A stretch of DNA of 63,205 nucleotides, filler included, from Reticulomyxa filosa (lineage: Eukaryota > Protista > Foraminifera), in NCBI GenBank assembly GCA_000512085.1. It is 22 parts of 22 records of this genome, joined end to end, with 100 filler letters (N's around TTAATTAATTAA, not from the genome) between each part and the next. Parts side by side here need not be neighbours in the genome. Positions count along the whole stretch, not along the records: positions 1 to 1,719 come from ASPP01025449.1; positions 1,820 to 3,471 come from ASPP01008117.1; positions 3,572 to 4,612 come from ASPP01036290.1; positions 4,713 to 9,240 come from ASPP01023498.1; positions 9,341 to 14,450 come from ASPP01022542.1; 17 more parts are not named here. One strand, written 5' to 3'. Below are positions 1-14,550 of this stretch, one piece after another (the first letter of the stretch is position 1; every line of letters starts with the position of its first letter). The notes beneath the pieces are model-generated. The model saw only the letters and a program-made list of their open reading frames with translations, was not told the DNA's origin and ran no database searches. The translations under genes and the position numbers were made by a program.

Positions 1-1199
1 TAATTTTAAAAATAACTTTTCTGCTTTTTTCAGAGGATTCGTCACCTGTTAAAAAAAGTACGGACTATTTCACACTGGATGATATTATTTAACATTTGAA
101 AAGCGACAAACGTCGTAAAGAAGATGCGTGGGAGTTCGTGACTTTGCTAACACAGCACAATACCAACGACATAACAATCAAACAAAAAGCCTTCAATTTA
201 TTCTATTATCTCGCTACATAACAAAATGAAGACGGTGTCATAAGTATTCGTGTGTTATTACAAATCTCTTTTTCAAAAAATTACGTTATTGTCAACTGTT
301 TCTTCGATATGACCACTTGAACCCCTTTTGCCTTTGTAATGCACGAAATTTTAATTGACTTCAAAATTATAACACACGTTTTTTTTTCTTCGAAAGTGCA
401 AAATAATCTCCGTAAAATATTTAAATCATTTTTTCTTTATTATTTTTTGGAAAGTTTGAAAAAGAATAATAGTGTATGCATTTTAATTTATATTTGTATG
501 AAAAGCAATATTGAAGACAAGAATTTTTTGCATATAGCACTTCCAGTACACTATTTTTTTTCTTTCAAAAAACTGTTTATCAATCTTTTTTTCAAAATAA
601 AAATAAAAGTCTGCTCTCCCTTTGAAGAAGTTAAAAAAAAAAAATAACGCTTCTTACTCTTTGCAGCCTTTACAAACATGTTTTAGCCATGGTCTATTCT
701 TTGCTTCCGTTGCGCATGACTATTTACCAAAACAATACACGTTTTTGAATGAAGAAATCCTGGTTTGCTTTTTTTTTTCCTCCTTGAAACAGCTCTTTAA
801 ATGAAAAAAAAAAACCAAATGAAGACAAATGCTCTGGAAAGAATTACAAAAACGATGGAAAATAAAAACAAAGAAATGCTATAATCTGAGCAGAAACTTT
901 TTTGGACAGGGACAAAATAATTGCGCCAAGGTGTTCAAAGGTTTCCATCTGATGCGGAATGGACAAACAAAACCAAAAATGACTTTACATGAACTGAATA
1001 CCAACACACAAAAGAGGTATCTTTGTTTGACTTATTTTATTTTTAGACGCAAAAAAAAGTTTGGAAATGTCAAGAATTTTTTTTTTCAAAAAAAAAAAAA
1101 AAGGGAAGTAAAAAACTTTTTAATGAATTACGTACACATAAATGGGAAAAATAATATCATGGTATGTGCATGTTATTGCTGTGCGACGTTGGAAAAAAA

Positions 1200-1719
1200 G
1201 GAAAAAGTTGAGCATAAGCGAGTGATCATTGAAAAATGTGAACAACACATTTTGAACGCCAGCTTGTGTTACCAAAGCAAACAACAAGCTTTCGTTGCAA
1301 ACAAGACGACTTCGAATTTGTTGCGCTCAAACTTATTGACTTTGTAGAGCACTCAAGATATCCCGTTCTTCAAATGCCTTATTTTGGGTATGGCATTTAT
1401 GCTTTGGAATACTTTTCACTTTGACTTGCATGTATAACATATATGTTGTATTTCGTATAACTTCACAATTTTATCATATCTTTGAATAAAAAAAAAAAAA
1501 TAACTAGTGTGAAGACAAAGCAAAAATGGTCTCATTAGCAGATATGAGAAAATATTTGGAAGAGTTTGGATGGCCGTCGATTCACTTTGACGAAAGTGAG
1601 GAGATAATTCAAAATGTTCGTTTTGTCTTTCATTTTCTTTTCAATAGTCAAACACGAAACAATAGCACTTGTATGCTCATTTATTTACTAAGGTGGTTGC
1701 TAATGTTGATACTAATCTC
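1200..1719 (+). pseudogene. Degenerate calcium-dependent protein kinase (CDPK)-like fragment
   Basis: Frameshifted remnants HILNASLCYQ..FVANK../ALKLIDF resemble kinase subdomains VIa-VII but lack HRD. Spliced exons KMVSLADMRKYLEEFG...EEIIQN|VVANVDTNL resemble an EF-hand pair. Confidence 0.35.
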
Positions 1720-1819
1720 NNNNNNNNNNNNNNNNNNNNNNNNNNNNNNNNNNNNNNNNNNNNTTAATTAATTAANNNNNNNNNNNNNNNNNNNNNNNNN
1801 NNNNNNNNNNNNNNNNNNN
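1720..1819. other. Artificial contig-joining spacer (N44-TTAATTAATTAA-N44), one of 21 in the window
   Basis: Identical 100-bp spacers with stops in all six frames also at 3472, 4613, 9241, 14451, 16986, 18275, 21685, 24762, 32590, 34618, 36434, 43302, 44502, 45602, 48149, 52212, 56003, 57235, 59957 and 62083. Genes are truncated at them. Confidence 0.98.
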
Positions 1820-4712
1820 CCGATATCTTTTGCCGAATAATGTAAGGCACAAGACTCTTATAGTGATAGAGTCAGAAAATGCAAACGGCCATCTCTCTAT
1901 TTTTTCTTCGAGCATCAATACTTATGCCACTCGCGAGATCACTATTCATTCCATCAGCAGCACACACGATTCAAAACCAAAAGCTGCGAATATGCGCACG
2001 CACACAACCAGTCTAGACACGAACAGTTTTATTTCTATAACAACCTTGTTCATTGGAGCTGATAGATTGCAGTTCGATGCATGTCTGGAAACGTAAAGTC
2101 GCCACTCGCGGGCGTGAAGGACCAATAACCGAAATCAGCAAATCTGGTTAAACTTTTTTTTTTTTTTAAGGTCCAGCGCGATGGTTTCAATGTCTTCATC
2201 ACATCATACTAATAATCTTTTCTTCTTGTTTGCCTATGTATTGACGGACTTTCGCGCCAACTCAGTGACTAAATTAACAACTCTCACATAGAGCGATTCT
2301 CCCGATGTGGTGTTTTCTCGATCGTGAGAGTGGACATTTTTTAGCAACTTCATCGCCTTCCTACTTTTTCTCTACCATCTTTGCGACACCACAATGTCGG
2401 CATCACTTCTAATTTGCGCGTATTATTTTCTTTCTTTTTTTCTTCTTGGTAAGTTTGCTTTCATCGTTTGAGCTCGATTGTCCGGATTGAACTGAGAATA
2501 TCTTATCCATTAGAGCTGATGGACTTTGTACTTTGATGACATCATCGCTCTTGCAATGAGAGACATGGTTTGAGCGGATATTTACAGTATATCCAACGCT
2601 GCAATTCACGATATGATATTGATTGAGTATCATTCTTCTTATTTTTTTTTCATTCTTGGGCGCCTTCACTTCTTCTATCGGCATATGCACGATCCAAACT
2701 TCGAGATTGCGAATGTGCGCATACAACCAGTTTATATTGTTTTTTTTTCTTATGAAATTATTACAATTTCCATAACAATTGAGCTTCACTTGTCTTTGTT
2801 GGAACCGGCAGATCGATGTTGGGCGCACTCTTTGACGATTTGCGAATCTACAATTATTTTCATAGACTTGTGTGCTGACTTTGATGGCTATCGACTTCTT
2901 TCCAATACTTCGGGTTGTAAATGATATAAATTTCCACACTTGTTCTGCGCTTTCACTGGAACATGTTATGTAAAGTTATTTCGAGTATGATAGTGGAGGC
3001 TTGCTCTTTCCCATATATAAAAGGTAATTTCCATCTCCAAGCTTCTTCTATTCATCATCACCACAATGTTCATCTTCTTGCTGACGATGCTTGACGGAAT
3101 TTCGCAAAACACTCCACAAAATGGGCCACTTTGTATTGAACGATTCTCCATTTTTTGTGATTTGCTCGATTTACATGATTGAGCATTTTCTACTTCCACT
3201 TTTTTTCTTATTTTCACTTTTGTTTCTTTTTTATCTTTTTTCTTATTTTTCCCTTTTGTCTCTTTTTTTTTTATCTTTTTTTTTCTTTTTTTCACGTTAT
3301 CATTTTTTTTTATTTCATTTTTTTTTTTTTTAATTTTCTAATTCTTTTTAAAATTTTGTTGTCTTTTCTTTTTCTCAAATAAAATTTTTTACTTATTTTT
3401 TTCCCACAACAATTTTTCCCCCCAAACTATTTTCCTCTCCCCAAACTATTTTCCCCCCAAACTATTTTCCCNNNNNNNNNNNNNNNNNNNNNNNNNNNNN
3501 NNNNNNNNNNNNNNNTTAATTAATTAANNNNNNNNNNNNNNNNNNNNNNNNNNNNNNNNNNNNNNNNNNNNGTTTGTTGCACTCGAAGTCTCCGGTTCTT
3601 CGCGCATGTCAAATGCTCATCTTTTCCGCCATGTCGCCATTGAGGAATGTAGTCGGACATGTTGCCCTTTCCTCTAAGCGTGACTGTTTTTCACCTACTT
3701 TTGGCTTTCACTTGCCAATTTTTTTTTTTTTTTCACTTGCCAATGATGAAAGGGGTTATTATATATGTATATATATTTTTTTTTTTCGATCTTTTGTGAA
3801 CAGCTCGCATCTATATATTTGCTCCCCAATCGACAGCAGTCCACTCAAACTCCCGCCATTGTTTGTTTGCTGCTTTCCAAACCACAGATGTATTATCTGT
3901 TTGTTATAACGTATGAACATATATAAATATGTATATATGTTTATTTACTTTAAAAGCAATGAAAATGAAATTTGCAATGTTGATATAGCAACGTCAGAAT
4001 TTACAAAACGCACTACAGTACGCACAAAAAAATTGTTACATTGGATTTGTACTCGTTCGTCGATGAACATAAATTGGAAATACACAACGACCGAGACGCC
4101 AATGCTATTTATTCATTACAACCACATATTCCAATCAATCTAAACATTTTTTTTCATTGTTTTTTGCAAATGCATATGTTTGTGTTTGTGCATATATTTG
4201 GTTTGTGGGCTACAAACAAAAAAAGAAAAGACAGTCCAATCCAAACCATGAATGTGGACTCACAATTGTGGAAAATGTCGACATAGCCCATCGCAGTAGA
4301 GTAAGACTAAAGGAGAAGAAAAAAAAGGCCAACGAACTCAAATTCAAATCCAGGTTGGGCTGGTGATGATACTACCAACGTATCAACGGACTGTAATTTT
4401 ACTATCAATAGATCTTCAATCTTTGCTTCAATTGAAAAAAAACACAAAAAAAATAGAAGGAAGCAGAAGATTTTGTCCACATTGACGATTGCTCTAACTC
4501 GCAAACGCACAGTATGAGTGTTGGATAGTCTCCTTTTCGCTCAAGACTTTTTTAGACAATGGCGAGTTATATGTTCCTTCGCCAACGTGTCAATCCTGGT
4601 GAGACTAAACTTNNNNNNNNNNNNNNNNNNNNNNNNNNNNNNNNNNNNNNNNNNNNTTAATTAATTAANNNNNNNNNNNNNNNNNNNNNNNNNNNNNNNN
4701 NNNNNNNNNNNN

Positions 4713-7042
4713 ATATATATATGTATATACATATATGTAATATAATTCACAAAAGATACCTGGAAAGATAATGCCGACAGGCACGAAAATTAAAGCAACT
4801 GTCAAGACAATGGGCGCAGTTAAATCGATAATGTCGTTCACGTCCGACACGCCTGAGTGGGTCTTTGATTTCAGCGTAGAGGACCCTGTAGGCAAGGGAT
4901 GGCTCGCCACACTGATCTTTGAGTTGAGCGATGGAAACAGTCGTCGTAGCACCAAGTTGTCTATCATACTATTTCATTTCATTTTATTTTATTTTATTTC
5001 CAATTTAAACACACACACACAGTAATTTCTACCAACCTAAATGCCGTTGGAAACGAGTGTACAGCAGACGCATTAAATCCTGCGGTTATTGAAGCTATTT
5101 GGCCAGGCTATGTATTCACACATTACATTATATGTATATACATATACATATATACATATATATACATATATATATATATGTATAACGTCAAAGTATAGAC
5201 TGATGTAATGATTTCTTCGAGAATCAGCTCTGTGGTCCAACAGCTGCGCTTTCCATTGCAGCGCCGTCAGATACGAAGTATTTACAGCAGAAATTTCCAC
5301 ATCATAATCGGTCAATGCTCCCCAGTCTTGAGTCATGTTGTTTCGATATGTCGTGTCCCACCTGTTGTTGTATAGCATATTTTCCGATTGCACCAAGCCT
5401 GTAAACTTTGCAAAAGGGATTTGATACAGTCTTGGCGAATACCTTTTATTGAGATCAACACAAGCAACAACAACAACAAAATCTATCCGTTTGAACAATT
5501 ACAAACACAAATGAATGAATAAACAAATACCATTGATTGACATCCAGCACCAATTTTGGATTGTGAACAGACACAGTCAGTGCTTGGATGGTAAAGGTTA
5601 GAATGGCCAATAAACAGGGCAAAACAATGGTGAAAAACATGGCTCTGCCATCGCGTAAGGTCCACCAAAAGCGTTTGTACATAACTGCCCAACAGTGTCT
5701 GAACCAAACAATAACTTCCGATTCTTTTTTCACTTCGCGATTGGGTTGTGAAAACATCCTGGACAAATGCACTTCACTCTCTTGTCGATCTATTTCTTGA
5801 TTTCCTTTTTCCTTCTTCTCATCGATTATATCTGACATTTCGATCTCAACTGGGGAGTGGTTTTTAGTGTTCAGACCTAGTTTCCCTATTAGCTTTTGTG
5901 TTTCTAGGTCCAAATCAGCTTTTTATTTATTTATTATTTGAAACAATTTATGCCAAGCAAAAGTGACTGACTCGAAATAATACAAAAAATATACTGGGTT
6001 TTTTTTTTTTTTTTTTTCTCCCCTCTGACGATTATTCGTACCCGACTCTTCTCCAATTTTCATAAAAACTTCTTCCAAAGTCGTTATGGACACTCCATAA
6101 CCATTAATACGTAGCTCTAATTGTTTATTTCATTTTTATCATTACAACTACTAATGCAAGAGAGCTTATGAAAAAAACTGACCATTTCTTTTTGATTCCA
6201 ATGCATCGAACAGCTTAGAAAACGAAGCCGTTTCAGTAAATGGCAAGCAGTACGCAATCTGTATTTATTTCAAGTGTGGTCCAATATATTGGAGACTGAT
6301 TAATATACACATATAAATACGTATACATATACATGTATATACATATATGTACATATTTGTGTGTATGTATTGTATGTACATATATTTTTTTGTATATGTA
6401 TATACGCATAACCTCTCCTCCTGCGACAGAGACTACAGATGCACCGCGGACTAATCGCATGACAACAGCATCAATTTGATGTTTGATAAAAGCGGGCTTG
6501 ATTCCGACTTCCAAAGATATAACAAATGTGTAACCGACACCATACTTTTGTTTTAAGAATATCGAAGAGCCACAACAACGGACCTCTCCGCTGGCCATTA
6601 TTGCTATGTAGCAACATCAGAACAAAAGAATAAGTTACATGTTGAAATGACAAGATTCAGAGGAAAAGAGAAATGAAATTTTAAAAAAAAAAAAAACAAA
6701 CAAACCAATTCTGTCAGAAAGTATATCCGCTTCATCCATAAAATGAGTGGTTAACACAATCGCTCGATTTCGTTTTTCTCGTTCCAACAGATCCCAAATT
6801 GTTCTTCTCGACTGTGGATCCATGCCACTGGTCGGCTCGTCTAATATTACCACCTTGCTTCCGCCGATTAGCGCAATGCCCAGTGACAGCTTGCGCTTTT
6901 GTCCCCCGCTCAGATTCGGTGGAAATTCGTTGCGCTTTTCCAGCAGTCCTACCATTTCGAGTGTTTTTTCGGCGTCTATACTCGCTTTACTTTTCGAAAT
7001 CTGTTTGTATACGTGTACGTATATATTTTTGGAAATTAATTC

Positions 7043-7092
<50 letters not shown>

Positions 7093-9240
7093 TATTATTA
7101 TTTCCTTCTATTTGATAGTTTTGCAAAATTCTTAACTCCTTTCAACAATGCAAATAGTTCTAAATGCTCTCTGCAATTCAATCGTGGCCACAATCTAAAC
7201 ACATACCGATTAGAGATACACGCATATAGACATATCTCTTCAACTAAAAATCCATTGAAAGAAAGAAAAGATTAACATGTCATGTTGTGGACAGACTCCC
7301 AAGGACTTTCGAATTTGTTTCATTTGGCTGTTGACATCGAACCCGAGAATGTAAGCATTGCCCGAAGTAATTTCCAAGAGTCCAGTGAGCATCCCAATGA
7401 GTGTGGTTTTGCCCGCTCCATTGTGTCCCAGTAGACAGAATACTTCGCCTTGGTACATGTCCAAGTTCACCCCGTTCACGGCCTTGACCTTTGAGCCTAA
7501 AGCGTCGCCAAAGACTTTCTTCAAGTTCCTAATGGCAATGGCCGGCTTGGCACGCTTGTGCTCCTCTCTGACGCGCTCGTACACATCCGAAGATCTAACC
7601 CTCGACATTTCCGGCTCTTCTTCTTTGTACTCCTCGATGTCCGTTTGTTTTTGGTTGGGAAACCAAAACGATGGTTGAAACAAAAAGTACCAGGGGAGAC
7701 GTTGTCCGTATGTGCTCGGCCACACACGGTCCAAGTACAGCGTCAGTAGAAAGTATGCTACCGTATCGAGTCCCATTATCAGTATTGAACTGCCAAAGCG
7801 GAAATATTGATAGTTCTACTTTCAATCAACCCGATTATTTTTTTTTTTTTTTTTTTGTGGTTAAAAAAAAAAAAATTTGAAATATTGTTAACCTCGTGGA
7901 TATTTCCCCATTGGATTCCAAGCAGTCCACTTTCATATCTCACCAAGGACCTTGTGGACACCTATTCTTCCATATTTCAAAAAAAAAAAAAAAAAAAATG
8001 AACCAATTTTTTCGCATTTCAAAAAAAAAAAAAAAAAACAAAAACTGTCAAACAAGAAGGAGAAAGAATGCACAAAGCATTTTTCTGTTGTTCAGTATTC
8101 AGTACTTTTCCAACCATTCCGGCACTATTTTGTTTAGTTTTTTTTTAATTGAGAAGAACAAAAAAAAATTGTATAAGCATACATATATGCTTACATATAT
8201 AATTGATGAAACAAGCAAAGAAAAGAAACGGATCATTTCAAAAATTCAATGTCTTTTTTTTTTTTGGTTCATTTGTTTGCTTGTTTGTGTGTATGTGCAA
8301 AAGATGACGAATACATTTCCTTGTAAAACTTACACGACACCAAATATCAACAGCAGATTGCTGAATACGACAGCTGTTCCAACGAGACAAGCATGTGTTT
8401 TGTAAAGACAAACGAAGAGATATCTTATATATATATATATACATATATATACATATATATATATACATATATATGTATGTATATACACATATATATGCAT
8501 ATATGTGTATATATAAGCACCTGTTCGGCGATTGTCGAAAATGGTTGATATCATAGTGGCAAACGTCATGACTGACAAACCAAACATATACAGCCACAAG
8601 AAGATAATTCCGATGTCCGAGTATTTGAAAACCTTTGCAAGGTGTTATGTTTCGATTGTCTAATCGATTGAATGTGATCAACATAACATTAAAGATAGAA
8701 CAACTAACTTTTCCGACGATGCCGACGAACCAGCACAAGACAATAACGAGGGTGAATTCAAACCACAGCCACAAATAGCAAGCTGTTAATTGAATATGAT
8801 TTTGTTACATAAAATAGAACCAACAACAAACAACAAATAAGAAATAAATATAGCAAAAAAAAAAAAAAAAAAAAAAAACAAAACCCGTCCAATACGTAGT
8901 ATCAGTAACACCCATCATTTTCATGACTTCTCTTGTTTTCAAGGCCTTTTCGTCGACGAGCTGAGAGACGACTTGGGTGAAGGGATATGCAAAGCTAAAG
9001 ACAATAACCCACGTGAAGGCAAAGCTAATGTTCTGCCAATAATTGTCCGTCTTGAACGATGCTGCTGGAAACACTTGATACCCTCTCACCAGTCCAAACG
9101 TATTCGACCACACAGACGACGTATTCACCAATGCATACTGTTTGATGCGTGCCATGTATGTGGTTATGGCATTATCAATCATCACTTGTAATTGCACGAA
9201 TCCGGATTGTGCATAACCCTATACTTGGCACACACACACA
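4713..9240 (-). CDS. ABC transporter subfamily A, multi-exon, partial at both ends
   Basis: Walker [15 protein letters not shown]|ILW, signature LSGGQKRKL, Walker [38 protein letters not shown], first TMD ([17 protein letters not shown]) and start of second TMD. Checked GT-AG introns join exons in frame. Confidence 0.96.
7044..7100. repeat. (TTA)n microsatellite in an ABCA intron
   Basis: Lies between donor after LFALLKG and acceptor before ISKSKAS, so the poly-N/L/Y ORFs here are spurious. Confidence 0.9.
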
Positions 9241-12200
9241 NNNNNNNNNNNNNNNNNNNNNNNNNNNNNNNNNNNNNNNNNNNNTTAATTAATTAANNNN
9301 NNNNNNNNNNNNNNNNNNNNNNNNNNNNNNNNNNNNNNNNAAGTTCTAGTGCTTGACGTTTTTTTTTTTTTTTTTTTTTTAAAACATATTCGGCCCTGTT
9401 TTTTTTTGAAAATATGGAGTGGCTCTCTTTCTCTTCTCTAAATACCGTGTAATTAGTTTAAAGATTGTGACTTATCAAACTTCAATGTGTTTTATTTGTT
9501 AAATGCTTAAGGTTTCTTTTCGTTTTTTTTTTGAGCTTGTTGATCATCGCTGCTTCTCTTCCATTTATGAAACCGAGATAAACTACAAAGAAGAATAAGA
9601 TATTTCAAAAGACAAATTGACACCTTTTTTTCTTCCACCGTTTTAATCATTCTTTTGAAAGAATTGTTATTGGACAACCTATCCCTACAATGGAAGCAAT
9701 TAATCATAAACTTAGTTATTTTTTAAAATTCTCGAAAAAAAAAAGGTAAAAATTTACAGAAATTACTAGCAGTTTTAATTGCATTTTGGGGATAAATAGC
9801 AAATGATATTGAAAAAGAAACAAAACATAGAGAAATCTGATATTCTAGAGGTAATAAGTAAAAAAAGTACTCAACTTGCAGCGAACTGCAGTATATTATG
9901 ATCTAAACATGACTCCAAAGTATGTATTATATAACTTCACATTATGTATCATATGTAAATTTTTTCTATGATCTTCGTGGTCCATAATTAGTAAACACAA
10001 ATCTGTTGGCATCCAACTGATGTATGTCCAATATTGCTTCTATCAACCTTTTTTGCCTGATGTCAAAAAATATAACCACATCTTCCTTGTTATGCCCTGT
10101 TTGTAGTGATAATGACCAGTGTTCTAAATTTTTTAGTTGCTTTTGCAAGGCCAACATAGCTTTCAAAAGTATTCTTCTTCTTATTTTTAAGTTCCCCAAA
10201 GTTTTGGAATTTTAGTTCTCATACTCTTGCTTGTTGGCGATTGTATACCGCTTGATGCTACCAAAAAGTATACGAGTACAAGAATTGTTCTCCCTAAACA
10301 GTACTGAGAATAAGAAGTTTGCAAAATACACATGACGAAGTGTTAATGTTAAATGGAGTCATTAACCTTTGCTTTTTTTTTTGGTTAAGCGAAAAACAAT
10401 AACAATTTTTAAAAACAGAACTATAATTATAGATAAAAACGTTGTATATTTTTCAGTTATTTGTGATTGTCGACTTGAAAAAGGTTTTTCCCTTTTGCAA
10501 TATTTTATTAATACTCTTTTCTTTGTTTGAATGTCAGTGTGGTTACAATGTCTGATACAGTATCACCTCCCGTGCTTACCAATAATTTCCCACATGATGT
10601 TACCGCTTTTGGCTTCAAAATGTTTGTGTAACTGCACACACAAGACACTCTTTGCCTATTAGAGGCACTAAGTAACTTTTTTTTTTGAATGGATGGACAC
10701 CAGAAAAGTCTATAACATATTGTGGTCTTGCAGTAATTGCATTATTTTTAAAAATTCCAAATGTTGTCTCAATGCATAAAATGGCTTTTCGAATGATGTA
10801 AAATTTTAAATCTTAAAATGTAAATATAATACACATGCATTTCTTCGCAACATTTTGCAGTTGTTGTCGCAGAAATAGTAATTTTTTATATAAAAAAAAA
10901 AAAGAAAATAATTGAATACGCTTGGCGAGCCGCCACATTCGCTTACTCCCGCTTCCTATCCGAAGTAGGTGGTGTTTCACTTCCACAAGTACAGTTGCGA
11001 CAAAAAAAATTAGCCAATCATAAAATATGAACTTTTTGTGTTTCTAACAAAAATTTTAGCAGCAAATTGTGATTATTTTTCTGGTTTAAGGATATACGTT
11101 TACACTTTTATAAGTAGTTTGTAAAAACAATAAACAAAAATTTAGAAAAGTTGTTGGAAGAAAAAAATTTTCAAAAAAGATTGGAATTGAAGCATCATCT
11201 CCAAATCACCTTGAGGTAGGTAGCAGAATGTATTTGCTTTTTACAAAATTATTTACAAGATAATCATTGACTGTTTTTTTTTAAAAATGTGACGCAGAAA
11301 AAAAGTTCTATTGATGACAACACAGATTTGATGTTGAATTTGTAAAACTTGATCTTATATGTTTACAATATAATACCAAAAAAGTTGATATATTTCGAGT
11401 AAAGCTTTCTTTATAAAGCAAGATTTAAGAAGGTATGTTTTTGTTTGTTATGACTTGTTTTTTTATGTATTTATTGTGCAGCAGGTTGAGCTTTGGCTTG
11501 TTTTTGTTTAGATTTCTTCTGATTTTGTTTCCAAATTTTTTGGCTTGTCACAATAAACGGGACTTTCTTCTTTCAATTTGCGTTTGAAGTCGCCTAAAGC
11601 TCTTCTTAATGTTGGATGAACGTTGAGACGATCACTTTCAAGTTTACGCGATTGCGCAACAGTTATCGTTTTCTTCTGTTGCTATAAGCTTTTTTGAACT
11701 GTTTCGATAAAATAGATATAATAGAACATTGTGACGAGTGAAAAAATGTTTTTATATTTTAATGCAACAATATATCACTTTTTATTTTTATTTTATTTTT
11801 TAACTTGTTCTTTGACAAAATATAACTTGAATGGACAAAAGTCATTCAATTGTTATACTATATGCATACACAAAAGTCTACGACAAACAGCTGATTTTTC
11901 CCAAATTTCCTTTATTTTTGAGTCTTCGACTGCTTTCACCAAGGCACCAGGGAAATGTCACGTGCCACTGCGACTGTTTCGTTTATTCAATTATTTACAA
12001 ATTTTTGCTTAAAGCACTAACGTGGTGAATCGCATTTTTTTTTCTTATTTTGAACAATTTTAGTACATTTTATTTTTTTTGCACAATTTGATAAACAAAC
12101 AAAAAAAAAACTTGTTTTAACTCGGTATTTGGCACTTGAAGACGGTAGATTGGGGAGGACAGCTTTCCTTTTGCGCACACAATCTCATCACAAATTTGTC

Positions 12201-14550
12201 TGTTTTCATTTACAATCATATTATTAATATCATTGTTACAATAATTTGTATAAATAACACTTTCCCTTTTGATTGACTACTTGATTTCATGCGCAAATAG
12301 AAAGCCGCTGCTTATTCGATCGTTCTTCAATATTGAACTATGTCGCTTCGAACAAATCATGCTGACGAAGCGTATCATCACTACACAAGGGCAGCATAAG
12401 CTCATCCAACAGCATCAAAGTGTTTACACGAAAATCGGTCATTTGATTGATCATAAATTGACTATTATGATTTTTTTTGTACGAAATTTCTTGTCACTTT
12501 TTTTTATTATTAGTAACCTTGCAGAAAGTGTCTTCTTCAACTTGCTAAGAGGGAGAGGGGAAAAAAAACATACATTGCTTTAAGATATTACGAAAACATA
12601 AAATCAAAAAAATCAATGAAACGTGCAAAGCTGCATCGTTGAGTATATTTTCTTGTTTGCCTACGACCAGGTGGTCGGTCAGAGCAGATACGATGGTTTC
12701 TTTTATATTTAACTGAGTAAGTTGCTTTGTTTTGGTGTTTGTCCTGTTTTGTTTTGAATCAATTGACTCACTTACTGTGCTGTCGTATGATAAAAGTTGT
12801 GTCATTTCGACAATGATGTTATCTCTGTGTTGCCAGCGTCGATAAGTTGAAAATTGCTTAAATTTGTTAATTGTACATTACAAATTAACAAACATACTTA
12901 TAAAATTAGTGTTTCATAATATGTTATCACTTTTTTTGTAGGCTCGAAATATTATCTTTTCTAATTTAAAAATTTTGGTATCATTTAAAAAATAGCTTAG
13001 ATGAACGGCTAATATTCACCAATAAATAATAAAATTATTAGTGGAACCATTTTGTAACAACGTCACCCTTTTGCAATTTGTTAATACATTACTCAACCTC
13101 TTGAACTTGTCATATCCCAGAAACAAATCAAAGTCTTTCCCAGTGCGGATATGCGTCGTATTCGTCCGTATTAATCATGCAAGTAATAATGACTAGTCAT
13201 TCAACATCATCAGTACATTGTGAAAAATAGTTCAATTGATCTCTTTTTTAAAGAAAAAACAAAATCATTTTGGGAAAATCCTCAAAGCATTGAGTAATGA
13301 CAAGGAGGCGAAGAATCCTTTATTCTCATTCAAATATCCAGTTCGAACTGAACGTCACGTTTCCCAAAACTTAACAAATTCTTCAGTCTTTTTGTAACAA
13401 AATAAATTTTTATCGACTTTAAAGTGCCAAACGTATTTCATTGAAATTTTTACACCACAATTTTAATGTAATGCACAAAGGATGATGAAAAATTGCTTAT
13501 TAGTTGACTTTGGTGTTTTTTTTATCAAAGCAATTATATATACCTTTTTTTTCTTTAAAGTAATATAGTTGTGTAAAATTTTTATCTTTTGAAACAGAAT
13601 TACAAACATTAGTGATTTACCCTTCTTTGGAAGGGAAAAAAAAACTGATTACGACATCATTTTTCGACGAAAAAGAAAGTATATTTTTCTTTCTGGCGTT
13701 GATGTAATAACAAAAGATAATGTAATGCCTTTTTTGTTGTTCTCATGTGTTTGTTTATCAAAAAAATTTCACGGGGGGCTACTACAGCGACTGTTACAGT
13801 TTATCGACATATCTAGTGCCAAACAAAAAAAGTTTGGAAGGACAAAGCCATTGGTCCTCGTCGTGTAGTGAAGACTGTTACCTACTTGTGTACGACATTG
13901 ACAATAACTTATTGTATGAATCACGAAGACACTGACGTTTAGTCGGATGGCCTTTTTATTCAATCTTTGTTTTCTGTGAGAAAAAAAAATGACAAACAAG
14001 TGGAAGACACAGTTAAATTGAACCCACCTTTTTTAAAAAGTGACAGTAAATTGAACTTCAAGTGACGTGGACGGTACATATCAACATCACTTTCGACTGA
14101 AGGGACATACTCCTGACCCGATTGCACAAATGGCTATATCCCCATTGACCCACACCGTACTGTGACCGCGTTGCAAATTAGGCCAAGGCCACTATTCTTT
14201 ATGTACTTCCGCTTCAATTACTCCAGTACCAACTTTTTCCACTTTCATTTTAGCATCATCTTCTTCTGTTGAAGACACAAAAATCTTAAAGGCTGATGAC
14301 TTCATTCTACAACCATTTCAAATATAACAGTTACTATGTTCGAATGCATTTGCTAATTTATTATTCATATGCGTTTATATACAGTAGGTTGCAAAGAAAA
14401 CTGAAAGCCTAAAACGTATCTTATGATGATAATTGATTTTCTCAATGAAANNNNNNNNNNNNNNNNNNNNNNNNNNNNNNNNNNNNNNNNNNNNTTAATT
14501 AATTAANNNNNNNNNNNNNNNNNNNNNNNNNNNNNNNNNNNNNNNNNNNN

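Noticed and set aside
2966-3382. Lys-rich and Phe-rich ORFs
   Set aside because: Translations of a low-complexity pyrimidine tract. The same applies to 36060-36350.
9907-9920. Partial match (TTTGGAGTCAT on the minus strand) to the 16-mer
   Set aside because: Short match without the hairpin or pyrimidine tract, compatible with chance.
10841-11005. Small GC-rich island with short inverted repeats (TGGCG-AGC-CGCCA; TTGTCGCA..TGCGACAA)
   Set aside because: Stems are too short, and no tRNA or snRNA fold is recognisable.
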